Part shown: positions 15,301-37,292 of the stretch, piece after piece
How positions within the stretch are numbered: position 1 is the first letter of the stretch
Layout of the letters: every line of letters begins with the position of its first letter
NCBI RefSeq assembly: GCF_964204865.1
Contig: NC_135257.1
Location: 15,872,001-15,936,000, forward strand
Length of the DNA stretch: 64,000 nt
Reading direction: 5' to 3'
Origin: Styela clava
Lineage: Eukaryota
The notes under the pieces: generated by a model
The model's database searches: none
Told to the model about the DNA's origin: nothing
Seen by the model: only the letters and a program-made list of their open reading frames with translations
Made by a program: the position numbers and the translations under genes

Positions 15301-18300
15301 TATTCTATGTTCGACCCTTTTTTCTCAGTATGATTTAATGTTAGACTCATTCCCTCATAGACGACTCTGCTCGAAAACCATCATTGGTTTATCGCGTCTC
15401 CCCCACACTGAAATGCACCTTTTTATCTTTCCTAATTATGTTTGTACAATGTAATGAGTACTTTCGGCATGTGATAAAATAAACTACTGACTGACTGAAT
15501 TTTTTGTGTGTAAGTAATACATAAATGTGGTGCAGATGTTTTAGTGAGTACACTTGAGTGAGTAGCTCTTTAAAACGAGGTCTGCATGTCCTGATTGAAA
15601 GTTTAAATATTTCTCCTCGGGTCGTTATTTATTGCATGTGGAGGAAAAACCTTAGCATGAATATATGTTTTTTTCAGGTAATTGACGGGAAATTGAACTA
15701 TCATCACAAGACTGAATCTGGAATAGCAGTAGTCAAATTAACAGATGACATATCTGGTGGTAACTGGCATACTGCTGAGGTTACAATATCAGGTTTTGAG
15801 GATAATTCTGCTGAAATTACGCTCTCTATGAAGGATTCGATCGCGCAGAAAACAACTTTTACAACTGGAAATGGAGTTATAAGCAATTTTGCGGATCCAT
15901 TACAAGTTAAGGTGACAAGTAATCATTTATTTTTCTTCCCTAAGACACTTGTAAAAATGAAACTGTGAAAATCTGCTAATGTTGTAAACAAGTTCGATAC
16001 CGCACAGAGCGCAAGACGACAGTAGCAAACCCAAATCCGATCCGAATTTAAAATTTTCTATATACATATACATAAATCATACATTTTACAGCGTTTGTCT
16101 AGTTTGGGATGGGTTTTTTTCAAAAATAGGTGTAAAACAAGGTATACAAGCATTATGCTTATAGTGTTTCAAACCGGCCTAATTCTAATTCAAATGCATG
16201 CTCGAAACCAGCTTAAAAATTTCAATGCGCAACCATAATCAAACATAAGTTTATGAACTATATAGCTATCCTATGACCTATTTCAATTATTGAAATAATA
16301 TTAAAGTCATCAATTCGACCAGTAATTTGTTTGTATCAAGCCATCGGCTGTTTTTTCGTATTTTCCGCATTTTTATTTGCCTCCCGCGTTAAATTTCGTT
16401 CCATGAATTGTGTAAATCTAAAAAATGCCGTTATTTAATCACAAGTATACATAATCACCTTTTGTAGTATTTGAGATCGTAAACCTATGACACACAGATC
16501 GTTAAACAGACAATTTTATAACTATTTATTTTATGATTTCAGACAATATATCTTGGAGGAATACCAAGCTCAAGTTCACTTTCTCTTCCCACAAAAACCA
16601 GTTTTAAAGGCTGCGTGTTTAATTTTAAATTGAATGGTATTACGTACCAATTAAATTCTGATGCGACCAATTATGCAGTCACTGTATCTTTAAGTGAGGC
16701 AGGAATATCCACAGGCTGTGATGGAGCTGGACTAACATGCGATCTTGTAACTTGTACGAATGGTAAGTAGACATTTCCGAAAATACCGAATTTTAAAAAT
16801 TTTATGCAATGGTGATCTTCATTGCGAAGCTTACATAAGCGGTAGGAAAAAACACTTCTGATTATCCTTCGTGGGTTCGAATCCCGTATGGAATAATTAT
16901 GTACGAAAAGATTGCAGGACTATTGGGGGCTTTTGGTAATTCACGAAACCGCTGGTTGAGTCCCTGTTTCTGATACGAATAACTGGTAAACTATTCTTCT
17001 CTAACTGCATTACTGGTAGCCGGACAAAAATTCGTGGTTTGCAATATGATAACACCGTATTTTGGCTTTTTCGCCACCTCTGGATAAGTATGAAAATTTC
17101 TAAACACATTTTCTGCATGGATCAATATCTCCGAGTTCATCAAGAAGTACAAAGCGCGGAAAAAATGTTCTGCAGATTTATGGAAAAAAGTATTCAAATC
17201 ATTAGTTTTCTTTGATTTATATGCCCAACGAACCGGATGTCGAGTAAAAGGGTCAGAATAAAATATTGTTACCTTTTAGTTTGGTGATGATTAGTGTTGC
17301 AACAGGATGTAGATCGCAAGCTATCCCAGAAATATGTGAATCACACCGACACCAACTTGTTCCTTGTCGTATGAGGGCCATACAGATGTTTAAAAGTATA
17401 CCTTAATGAATCTAAAATATACATAGATATCAAAGAAAATGTCCAGATGGTCTTCGAAAATTCATTGTTGTTGGTACCCTACGACTGCACTTTCTTACTG
17501 TTAAATGTTTTACTATTAGTATCTATGATTTACGTTATTTTACAACTTGGTATATACTTTTTACAGGTCGTATTTGTGTTCCGGATGACGTCAGTGTTTC
17601 AAAGTGTGTGTGTCAAGACGGATATGTCGAATCTAATGGCGATTGCGCAATGATTTCAACTGCAGGATTTGATTGGTGGATAATTGTTGTCGTTGTTGTT
17701 CTATCAGTGTTTATAGTCGGCGGAATTTTGATATTTGTCGTCTGTTTCAGGAGAAGAAAGGTTAGTTATCAATAGCGAAATTTGGGGAACTTATCGTGTT
17801 TTTAGTGCATTTGTTCTCGTAAAGTCGACTCTAAACCCGGAGGTGCGGTGACACTATGTCGAATATCCCTACACACTTATCTTATAAATTGGCTGCAATT
17901 GCATACAAGCTTGCTGATATGCTAATTTTGTTATGTTATAGAACAAACGAAAATCAGCACTGGCTCCAACCGAAAATCGAACAGCAAGTTATGAATTTCA
18001 AGACAGAAGTAATAATGGATATGTAACCCCTGACCTTTTACCAAATGATGCACAAATAAGTGAAAACGAACTTGAAAAACAGGTAATGAATAAAGTATAA
18101 AATATAACGTTATATGAAAAATTTATTTTTTGAACTATACTTTAAAACCAATTTTTTTACCATAAAAGGATTTCTTTCACATAAGTTATAGGTGAACTGA
18201 AACTCAATGGCGAGCGAGGTACATGATACCTAACGATATGTATGAAGTGACTATTCTTGAAAAAACTAGAATTACACTTTCCAATTTGGTATTGCATACC

Positions 18301-21110
18301 CTATTTTTTATATATAATTTGAAAATGAATTACTGGAGTAAATATTGGAAGAATATAGCCAAATCTCGCATGATATGGCATTGACATGGTTGATTTTCGT
18401 GAGCGAAATGATATTTCGAAAATATTACGGTTATCTAATTCAAAAGTTCACTTAAAACGGCAAGAAATATTGGTCATAAATAACCTTTGTTTTACCTATC
18501 TCGGCTGTGAGTCATGTATATTCAATTTAGAATCCCAGCCAAGAAGTAACAATCGTGAAGTCTTCCTCAAATGGAACAATCATATCACATACAAATGGAA
18601 CAACAGAACACAAACATGTTTCACAGCAAAATGAATCTTTGTACAAAGCCTACGATCCTATTATAATGAGTGGAAGGCAATCGACAACCGATTTTATTAA
18701 AAATGAGAACTTGAAACTGACACAGAGACCAGCATCTGCTCAGCCAAATTTGGCACCGGTGCCTTCTCCACTTACAATTTCCTCGGACGGGTATTACGCA
18801 ACTCCCAGGCGGAAATACCAAAATCAATTTCATATAAACCAAGCTAAGACTTTGCCTAGGAAGTCTACTAATGGAAGTCAAGATTATATTTCCGATCGTA
18901 TACAGTCCACTCCACTTAGATCTATATCTCGGAATTCAGCCAAACTAAACTCTGAACCACGAACTTATAGAGAAAAAAGAAGGCACAATAGAAAATCAAG
19001 GGAATCTGAAACTCTAGAAGGAATGATGAGAGTAAGTTATTAATGAGGTTTCTAACTATATACGGTGTTTAAAACTGAATTCCTGGGCACGGTGGCCTAA
19101 TAGGGGTTAAAGCATTACTCTTACCTATGTTGACAACACTGGTTCAAATCTCATGACTTTAACTGCATACAATATATTCGGTAAGCAATACCGAGCTGAA
19201 TTCAGGTCCTTACAACTATATTAGGTTTACCTAGCAGTGGCTGCTTGGCAGAGCCATGTCCGGAGCGAAGGGCGTTTAAATAGGTCGTATATAAAAATGA
19301 ATTCTAATACCTGATCTGTCATCAGTCTGTATTACAAGTATCTATTTAAAACGGGACTGATTTAAAGTTAATCTATATCTTCGGGAATAATATGAAAAAA
19401 ATAGAAATCATCTAATATCTAAAACTATACGAAGCTACTGATTTCGGTGCTCGTTGCAATAGATTATATGCGAGTATTTCTATGAAACAACTATTTTCAC
19501 AATTTTTAAATGAAATTTGCCAAAATCATAAGTGCCGAAGTGATAATTTATATGATTTATTTATATGAGATAATTTATATTTATCTTTTCTGTTAAATTG
19601 GAAGCTAGAGGAACTTCAAGTCACAAATTTGTCAAAATTAGTGCACTTGCTTTGGAATGTCATGTTCCAAATACTTCACGTAGTGGTATGGGATTTCTAA
19701 AAACTGTCAATATATTTTCAGGAGTTGTCAGATATTGTTGGGCTCACTAACGAAGAAATGGATCTACTTCATGCTGGGGCGATAGCTCTCGGGCAAGATG
19801 CTATATATGATGACGGATCGAGCGTTTCAACTTCTAGCCTCACTGACATGAGTATGCACTCAAGAACGACATCTTCTTCAGTGAGAGTGAGAAGTTTTGT
19901 AAGATCGGTTTCACCTCACAGAGACGCGCTTATGAAAGATTTAATGCCTGGTACTGTGATCAGTGACTCTGTTCAATCGTTACCTAAATCAACCAAGAAA
20001 AAATTAGAGTTCAGAAGTGACTCATATGAAACATTGGCGGTTCTCGGTCCGTTTGAGTTTCCTCCTCCACCCTCGGAATCCGAGACAAACTCATCCACTG
20101 CATCGACTACAGAAGATGAAGTATGGGATTCTACGACAAGTGAATCGACAGTGGCTTCAACAGTTAAAAAAGGTAGTTTTTCATGAAAATTGATTGTTTT
20201 AAAAGCAAATTTGCAGATAGTTTTTCAAACTTTTTGATTGATTTTAGTCAATTCACCGGATAACTCATCAACTAACAGTGGCGATAAATCTGGACAACTT
20301 GATCTCAATTTTCCGACCAACCTAGGAGATTACTTCACATCACTTGTTGATGTGTTTGATGACATATCTCGTCTTAATTCGGATGATAAAGAGAGGTAGG
20401 ATATTCTGCGAAACGCCATCAAACAGGGTCTAAACAACGAATTTAAGTTGTATTGTCAGTTGTTGGTCCAATTGATAGCATTCCAATACTGAAAAAAGTA
20501 TGTAACAATTGAAAATCCGACAATCCAAGGAGATATTTTAATCATTACTTTATATTCGTCAGGAAATCAATGTGATGGAAATTTGGGAATATATATTTTT
20601 AATTTTCTTGAATTTTTTAATTAATCTTTTATACTATTTCAATTTGATTTAGTTTTATAAAATGTCATATTTGGTTTGTCATAATGCACTGCATTTATTT
20701 ACAGCAATCTTCCACGATCTGAAGATCGTCGCCCGTCTGTCCTTCCTGGTTTTGTTGGGCACGAGGTGTCTTTGTGGAGCGACATAGAAACTCTTAGTAA
20801 ACGCCCCCTCAGGAAAGGCGCCCACGAGAGAAGCACACTGGAAAACATATCACAATCATCCATAAACAAAGAAGAAGGCGACGATCCAGTAACCCCAGTT
20901 AAAAAGAGGGGTAGCCGTGTCAATTCACCGTCAAGTATTATTTTAGAACAAGTTAATGGACGAGAAAGTAGAGCATCTGAAAGATCTTTAACGTCTCCGA
21001 CAGAAGTAGACTCAAAAAGGAAGAAAACCGGTCGAAATACGCCTAAGTCATCATCAGGTAGAAGCAGCAGGAATTCAAAAATGAAAACAGAGTTTGAGAA
21101 ATATGTCTGA
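374..21110 (+). CDS. FAT4: Protocadherin Fat4/Fat-like giant cadherin, 3' portion (5' end upstream of window); about 33 exons
   Basis: Phase-compatible GT-AG exons: 374-528, 1180-1387, 1860-2017, 2392-2506, 2592-2718, 3097-3262, 4141-4274, 4382-4474, 5014-5119, 5375-5477, 5753-5928, 6162-6406, 7152-7266, 7713-7839, 8258-8405, 8525-8675, 9016-9151, 9552-9665, 10219-10437, 10905-11093, 11604-11744, 12012-12120, 12386-12614, 13368-13610, 14787-15011, 15678-15911, 16543-16762, 17567-17760, 17942-18082, 18531-19031, 19722-20171, 20248-20395, 20705-21110. Cadherin Ca-binding motifs (DVNDNPP, ATDPD, LDRE/LDYE) are followed by EGF repeats, LamG, EGF, LamG, EGF and a TM helix ([29 protein letters not shown]). 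The tail has GLTNEEM and [11 protein letters not shown] motifs and ends EKYV, resembling the Fat4 (EQYV) and fly Fat (EEYV) ends. Confidence 0.85.
3325..3548. repeat. Interspersed repeat rich in GACTCC/AACTCC motifs (MITE-like family)
   Basis: Clustered CGACTCC/ACTCCG motifs. Similar clusters at about 30718-31015 (shared TGAAAAC-TGCCAAACTC), 13030-13230 and 40500-40700 (both reverse), and 48120-48170. Confidence 0.5.
3679..4015. mobile_element. Degenerate hAT-like MITE in Fat4 intron
   Basis: Ends CAGGGG...TTGCACCTTGCTG with an eroded 8-bp flank (atctaaac/atctgata). Its right part matches 52908-53000 in reverse complement (shared TATAACCAACTTCAGACATCT). Confidence 0.6.
11207..11410 (+). mobile_element. 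tRNA-derived SINE, 5' portion
   Basis: Pol III B-box GGTTCGAATCTC followed by GATAATTATGTAC..GATTGCTGGACT, nearly identical to the stretch at 16874-16920. Confidence 0.65.
16820..17102 (+). mobile_element. tRNA-derived SINE, near full-length degenerate copy
   Basis: B-box GGTTCGAATCCC and core shared with the 11207 copy. Its 3' part (CTGGTAGCCGGAC..CGTGGTTTGCAATATG..GGATAAGTATG) matches 32440-32557 and 35147-35245, which links heads and tails into one family. Confidence 0.65.
19085..19160 (+). pseudogene. Degenerate tRNA-like head (probable SINE or tRNA pseudogene)
   Basis: A-box-like GGTGGCCTAATAGGGGTTAAAGC and B-box-like GGTTCAAATCTC, but no complete cloverleaf or acceptor stem. Confidence 0.4.
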
Positions 21111-22114
21111 ATTGAATGAATTTTCACGATGAAAATGAATGAATGCAGCGGCGATTTAGAGCAAATGGCCCGCGACATTGCACTGAAAACGATAATAAGA
21201 CGTGGTGTGTAAGGCGGGTTGTGCTGAAGTTCCACTCAGTTTGCATTAAAAACTTGTAATCAATCGCATTTATTAATTTACTATCGAACTGCTAAATGTG
21301 CCATTTGGGCACAAAAATGAGATTATTTTAGGAGAAATAATGAGCTAAAGGTTTTTTATTTCGAACATTTCTTTTCTTCTTCTTTGTTGAAACTAAGAAA
21401 ATAATCATACATACAGTATAATATTTTTTTTAATATTGTTTTTGTTCATATTTAACATTTTATTACGAACCTTTTCTGTAGGTTTTATTTGTACGTTTTT
21501 TTACCTAACAATGCCTATTCATTTTTTAAGACAATATTGAAGCCATTCATTGTTGTTACTTTTAGACCAACTCGCATTTCTAAAATGAATATCAAGACTT
21601 TCATGCATCTGCAAAACAACCAAATGAATATCTCAGTTTGGCCCCCAATAATGATAAGAAAAAATAAGTTAATTTTATCAATCGCAATAAGTTGAATCAA
21701 TTATCGTGTCAAATATTGATACTATTGGATTACTGAAGATGATTCATTTTATGTACAAAATTTTCAAGGATAAGGAGTAAAATATTTGAATCAAATTTGG
21801 CAACAATTGTTTAAATTCAATTGAGATAGTCCATTTGTAAAACAGCACTATTTTTTTGGCTGTGTTTGAGTTCGTGTGAAACGAAATAATAGAAATATAT
21901 ATGCAATTTTCTTGCCTAAGAAGATATAATGTTTGCATAATTTATATATATGTATTTCAATTGTAATGTTCCATTTAGCATCAGTCGTTTTTTATTTCCT
22001 ATATATATTTTATTTGTCACGCTCTTCAGATTCCCAAGTCCAACCAGAGCCAGCCAAATCTTGTTTATCTTTTACATCATGTCAACTTTTTGTCAATCCT
22101 TTGCAAATAAGATG

Positions 22115-22120
22115 AATAAA
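22115..22120 (+). promoter_or_regulatory. Candidate polyadenylation signal of the Fat4-like gene
   Basis: AATAAA about 1 kb after the stop at 21110, after a T-rich UTR-like stretch and followed by T/GT-rich sequence. Confidence 0.4.
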
Positions 22121-23125
22121 TTTTCCAATTGTCTACTTTTTGATTGCCTTCTCAGTTTGGAGTATTTCGAGAAACAAATAGTTTATCGTTAACAGCGATA
22201 TCAACTCACAATGAAGACAGTGGGTGGAGTCTGGAGTTAAAGTGCCGCAATCGTCTTGAATGAAAAATATTTATGTTAAGCCATTAATAATATGCTGTTA
22301 ACTCGGCTCTGCATCGTGAACTTATTGCGAAAGAAATTGGTGTCAAATACAATAAAATTCCACACAAATGCTATGAGGTCTTAAAAATATTTAATGCTAT
22401 ACTCGAACGTTAAAAAGGACCGTTTTTCTCCTCCGCCAGCGGACAGTCACAATTGACTACGTGAAAAAAGACCAGGATTTTAAAATGAACCACGGTCCCA
22501 ACAAGTTTCTCATATTTGATGGGAACATGCAATCTGAAGTGAATTTTGTAAATCAAGCGCACCCGGCGGAGTAGTCAACAATCGTACATGGAAAGACTTA
22601 CATCAATCGATATCCATAGTCCATACGGCACCAGGCAACAGCCAAGTAATCACCCATTGCAGCTTTAAAGGACAAGTTGATTGGGTATATATACCAGGTT
22701 TTGAAAAACCCCTCTATTCATTTGTATCTTGTAGTAGCAACAGAAATTAAGTGCAGTAGTAAACAAGATTTCATATAGATATATGAGCAATATATTATAA
22801 AAGCTCCATTTTAGACCAACATTGTTTTTGACACTTATAAACTACCCTCGATACAAACTTAACTCAGTTTATTAATATACGATAATCACGCAGCTTCATA
22901 TTATGATATACACTATATTTAATTATTATATTACCGGTATATTATCTAAATTAAAGACCCAGCAACTAGATAAATCCGTGTCAGTTATTCAATTCGGCAA
23001 ATAAGTGAATCTATCAATAGTCAATACTAATAGCTGTTGGACACTGTATTGACCCATGTATCGGTTTGCAACACTGTTGTTATTGTTTAGACAACAACTA
23101 CTATTAGGCAATCCATTTTAAACCT

Positions 23126-23147
23126 AACAACAACAACAACAACAACA
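23126..23147. repeat. (AAC)7 microsatellite upstream of the NLK start
   Basis: AACAACAACAACAACAACAAC read directly. Confidence 0.85.
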
Positions 23148-23526
23148 TGTCCTGATGCAAAAAGCTTTGTTTGGAATGAAACACACTATTCGACTCCTAC
23201 CACACAAAATCCATCGTTTTTTGTTTTGATTTTTTCAAGACGCATTCTCGCTTTAGTCGGGTTCCGGATTGTAAACATTTGCACATTGTCTCTGGAAGCG
23301 TTTGCATGCACTGAGATTAGGAAAAGCCCACGGTAGTTTTAGTTGAACATCTAGGCAGCTATCTATCAACAGATATATGTTAAGTAATGTTCACAAACCT
23401 ATAAACTTGGGATCTTAGATCCGTAGACCAGTAGACTGTTTGATAACGGAGTCGTGGGTACAAGTCGTACAACCTTCTCAATAAATAGACTAGGCCCTAC
23501 AGCAATAGCAGAATAGTCTGCATCTG

Positions 23527-33009
<9,483 letters not shown>

Positions 33010-34511
33010 ATCAAAATCATTGCTAACCAAACATGGTATATCAAAATATGTCTGTATAATTTGCTTTCAAATCATAATGATTATATCATGATTTTACGGA
33101 ATAGTAGATGTCACTGATTATTGAAAATTCAAATTATTTCCATTCCCGAACACTATTATATATAGAGTACCGCACTTTTTGGACAGTGTTTAAAATTGTT
33201 GTGTCACACTTGTCCCAATTGTATAAATATCACTTCATATGAATAATCTAACCTTCTGCTGAAGTTTTTATCTGTCCTAACTCAGATGTTACAATGAATT
33301 CGCTTCATATGCTTCCCTGAATCATTTGTGTCACTGTCACAATATATGTCTACATTAACTCAGAACAATGGGATAAATGGGCTAAACAGGGCGTGTGACA
33401 TTTTTGAAACACCGCTCTTCGGATATGAACATCTCCATACATACCTTAACGTTTAACAGCTTTCTGCAAAAGTCACTTTTTCATTTATCTGGAATAATGC
33501 AGCTAACATGATGATTTTGATCTATATGAACTCATGATTTCAGTTTTATTTCTTGGATGAAATTAAATACAATTACCATGTTTGACAGATATTAATATTT
33601 TCTGAGATTCTTTACCCTTTGAATATTTCTTTTTTTGCACTATAGTACTGCAGTCATATGAACTATTCTGAAAACAGTATCGTTTTTACCTTTTTATACT
33701 TTTTTTGGTTTTAATTGTTTCTTGCCAGTTCTTATTGAATTCAGCATTTTATCTTTCATGTTATTTACTGTATTGTGATACTATTCATGTGGGTGCTTGA
33801 ACGTTGATGACATCATACACATTCTTTCTGTCTTTTTTTCTTGTCCTGGTGCTGCATTTTTGTTTGTAAATTTTGGTGGTTTCATCCCACGAGAGGCTTA
33901 TGCTTGCATTCTATCTAGTGCAGAAGGGATTTTTTGTCATTTTTCTTCAAAACTTGATAATGAACAATTCTAGTACACGAATCTCCTTTGCTTGCCATTT
34001 TTATCTCTATGTATACAAGTTTAGTTCACACAAAAGAGTCTGTACATTTGGAAATTGTAAATATATGTGCAGTACTTGATTGCTAAATTCTGTAACTGAT
34101 AACTGTGAATGTTCAGTTACTTATGAATTACCTGAGCGAGTAGTTGCCTCGTATTGGAGTTTTATATCAAGCCATTTGTATAATTTGAGTTCAATCTTAT
34201 TTATAATTGGAACCACCTTTTCCAGCACACATAAAACAGGCTTTCTATAGCTTTTCAGTGAAATTGAACTACCTGAATTACGTTACCTCTTGTATTACCA
34301 GAAGCTGGCCAATAACACAAAATTTTTAATATTTTATGATATTTTATAATAATTGTATTGCCATGTTGCTTGTTTATCAGAAAACTTATAATTTGCTACT
34401 TATTGTTAAATGACTTAAATGGTAATGCTTTTGTGATCAAAATGTGTAGTCATAGTCTGTGGTGCAAAGCTTGGACACAAGTAATATTTTTGATATTTTC
34501 ATGATCTACAC

Positions 34512-34960
34512 CAGGGGTCGGCAACCTTTTGTCACTCGCGGGCCAAAATTAAAGGTTGCAAGTCATTGGCGGGCCGCACATGTTTTTAGAAAGTTATAAA
34601 CCGAACGGATGGCTGACGAATCACATTTTTCTACACATATCAGAAGTTAGATTTTAAGCATCGCACGGGGACTGACCATTTGAATATTTTCCGCGCCATT
34701 TAACCATTTGCACTTAGCATCAACTTTTCTGCGTTTTGTTGCCATTTGTCTAATTATAATTAAATTATAGCCTCATTAAACGAGTAGTTGTGAATTATAT
34801 ACTTGTTAGGTTATAATATAATTTAGTTTAAACGTGTCTCGAAATAAATTCTGTTACGTAAAGAATATGATCGCCAAAACAGCAGATTTGTTACTATAAT
34901 TCAATGAAGCGTCACGGGCCGGATTATATTGCTCCGTGGGTCGTAGATTGCCGACCCCTG
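34512..34960. mobile_element. hAT-like MITE in probable NLK 3'UTR
   Basis: Perfect 13-bp TIR CAGGGGTCGGCAA / TTGCCGACCCCTG; 8-bp TSD ATCTACAC/ATCAACAC; internal CGGGCC motifs. Confidence 0.85.
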
Positions 34961-35146
34961 ATCAACACTTTTAAGAGAGTTTCATTCTTATTCAACTCAT
35001 TCTTGCAGTTGAAATTTCATGACAATTTTGTTTAGAAATGGTCCGGGTCATCTACCATGTTTGTAATTAACAATAATTATGATGCAGATTGCAGACAAAT
35101 CATAAATGTTCATTTCTGTCTTTTTCTTCTGTACTGGTCTTTTGTT

Positions 35147-35245
35147 CTAGGATACGATATTCATATGTATCCTAGGGTAGAGGAAAGCCGAACCACGGCC
35201 TCTCATCCAGTTACCAGCCCATGTCAGGTATATGATTAGTTAACC
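35147..35245 (-). mobile_element. SINE 3' fragment, antisense, in probable NLK 3'UTR
   Basis: Reverse complement reads ACTAATCATATACCTGACATGGGCTGGTAACTGGATGAGAGGCCGTGGTT...TATCCTA, matching 32440-32557. Confidence 0.65.
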
Positions 35246-35754
35246 AGTGATTTGTTTCAGATGCAAGGACTCTGATGTTTATTGCTCTGCATAACTGCAT
35301 TTTTTGCACTATACCCTGCTTTATTTAAACACCATGATATAAAAAATTTGATTTCGGATGAGCTCTAGTTGTTATGAAAGTTTTTCTTGCTAATGTTTGA
35401 ATGAGCTTTGAATGTAAACTAAATTCTTGCCAAGTGGTAGGTTTTTATCATCCCATACAAATGAGCCTTCTTCCTATTTCAACCCAATATTCTTTACTAT
35501 TAAATCATATCTAAGAGAGATCAACTGATTTTAATCAAGCAATTGCTTCTGTCCACTCAAGTCCTAAAAACATATAACATTCTTTGGTGCCATTTTAGGT
35601 GCAAAATCATATGTTATCTTGATACTGATGCTCTATTTTACGACCTTTGACATTGCAGTTTTATTCCTGTTAACTTTGATTTATTTATATTACTTGTGCA
35701 CTTTTTGTGAACGTTTATTTATGTCATTGTGCAACTTATTTGATTTAGAAAAAC

Positions 35755-35760
35755 AATAAA
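35755..35760 (+). promoter_or_regulatory. Candidate polyadenylation signal of NLK (3'UTR about 2.75 kb)
   Basis: AATAAA at the end of a long T-rich, CpG-poor stretch that starts at the NLK stop; CpG frequency rises immediately after it. Confidence 0.45.
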
Positions 35761-36148
35761 TTTTGCACTCCCGTGAAACCCTTTTCGTTTGCTGTGATTT
35801 TCGTAGTATTTCTACCGGTTCAGACTGGGGACACGGTTTGAGAAGTCAGTCGGGGAAGTTAATGTATTTACAAAATTTGGATAATCACGTTGAGGAATGT
35901 TGAGTTTCAGTCATGATAGCATTTATATATTATATTGTTTAAATACTTTTTCACAGGGGACATGCAAATGAATGTACCCAGGTGCAAATGTTCGCGGGTG
36001 CTTAGATCTGCAGGAGCTAATGACGGCGAATGCCGAAGTATACGGGTACTGTCGCCGATAATAGCCTCACTGGCTTGAAAACGGTATAACGAAACTTGGA
36101 CCATGCATTACATAAATTGTAGTGTTATACCGTTATAAATTTAGCATA

Positions 36149-36959
36149 TCGTCACGCTGATAATCGACTTGCGTAAGTCATTTTTAGCAGTTCTGAGAAA
36201 AACGTAAAAAACTTCCTAATGATATTGTTATGCCACTGAGAGTCAATAATTTGTGATTGTTCAATTTTTTGATCGTAGCCGGATTTAGTATAATTTGTAT
36301 GACGTAGTTAAGTGACGTCATAATGGCGCACTGTGACTTAGGCAGAAATGTGTCTATGACTTGGGGTCATACGCAATTTTGCAACTTGACTATATGCACC
36401 AGTCCTGAAAACCAAACATTCCAGAAACGAATGTAATTTTCTAAATGTCTAATCCCCAAAATAGCTAATCAGTTTCAATTACATTATTTTTTATGTTTAA
36501 AAATATATATTTCATCAATATAAGACGTTCTGCACACCCACTGAAATAAGATTAAGAATAAATATAAAGAATAAAACAACAATGCATCCAATTTAAAAGC
36601 CAACCAAGGTGAATTGGACTCGGACAGTGAATATCACAAGTGCACGCCTTCCTATACTGTAGTATAAATTCAAATTAGTACGCGCTAAGCTAGAATCCGA
36701 GATGCAAAAACTCGAAAATATGTCGCCGGGGCTATTTTGCCTTTGTGACGTCACAATAGTCCCATGGTAACAATGGTAATTCATTATGACGACACAAATG
36801 TGCATGTCATACTAAATCTCCAATTTTATGGGTTTCGGAATTCTTAAAATAAAATCTGAGTTAACAGACAGGTGCACAGCATTACATAAATACCTATATT
36901 ATAAAAAAAACTCAAAATCGCCAAAAATGACTTACGCAATTAGGTTAGTAGCGTGACGA
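36149..36959. mobile_element. TA-flanked MITE with about 50-bp TIRs, between NLK and protease A
   Basis: TCGTCACGCTGATAATCGACTTGCGTAAGTCATTTTTAGCAGTTCTGAG versus the reverse complement of the right end, TCGTCACGCTACTAACCTAATTGCGTAAGTCATTTTTGGCGATTTTGAG; TA on both sides (Tc1/mariner-type target, inferred). Confidence 0.75.
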
Positions 36960-37060
36960 TATTCTTTTCGAGGCACGCAGTCTTAATCTATCGAGTAAGG
37001 CAATACAATTAAGATATTCGCATAGTTAATTGCCAACTTGCTTTTTGGACACGCAGAACA

Positions 37061-37292
37061 ATGATCAGTCTCATTTATCTGGGCATTACGCCGGTTCGCG
37101 TTAACAGCCAGAGAAGAGATTCTCTCGCACACCAACTAATTTGAGCATCAAAAATTTGGCAATGGTTAAGTGTGGGAAATATTTTCTTCGGGTTAACTTC
37201 CTTGATAATATGTATATTTGCTTGTATGATTATACTTGTTATCACAAAATATCAAAAAAATGAAACAACAATTTCACTCAGAACACCTCAAG
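37061..37292 (+). other. Candidate alternative first exon of protease A encoding a type II transmembrane anchor (in-frame TGA at 37142)
   Basis: Frame reads MISLIYLGITPVRVNSQRRDSLAHQLI*ASKIWQWLSVGNIFFGLTSLIICIFACMIILVITKYQKNETTISLRTPQ, then a phase-1 donor (CAAG|GTATA) compatible with the phase-1 ShKT exon at 38756. Confidence 0.4.

Noticed and set aside
19085-19160. Functional tRNA gene (also B-box motifs near 2548, 11288 and 16874)
   Set aside because: No complete cloverleaf; two of the motifs continue into a shared SINE body.
20699-21235. 178-aa minus-strand ORF, and other antisense ORFs such as 47942-48319, 9346-9657 and 6239-6529
   Set aside because: They are shadows of real + strand exons, with no recognisable motifs.
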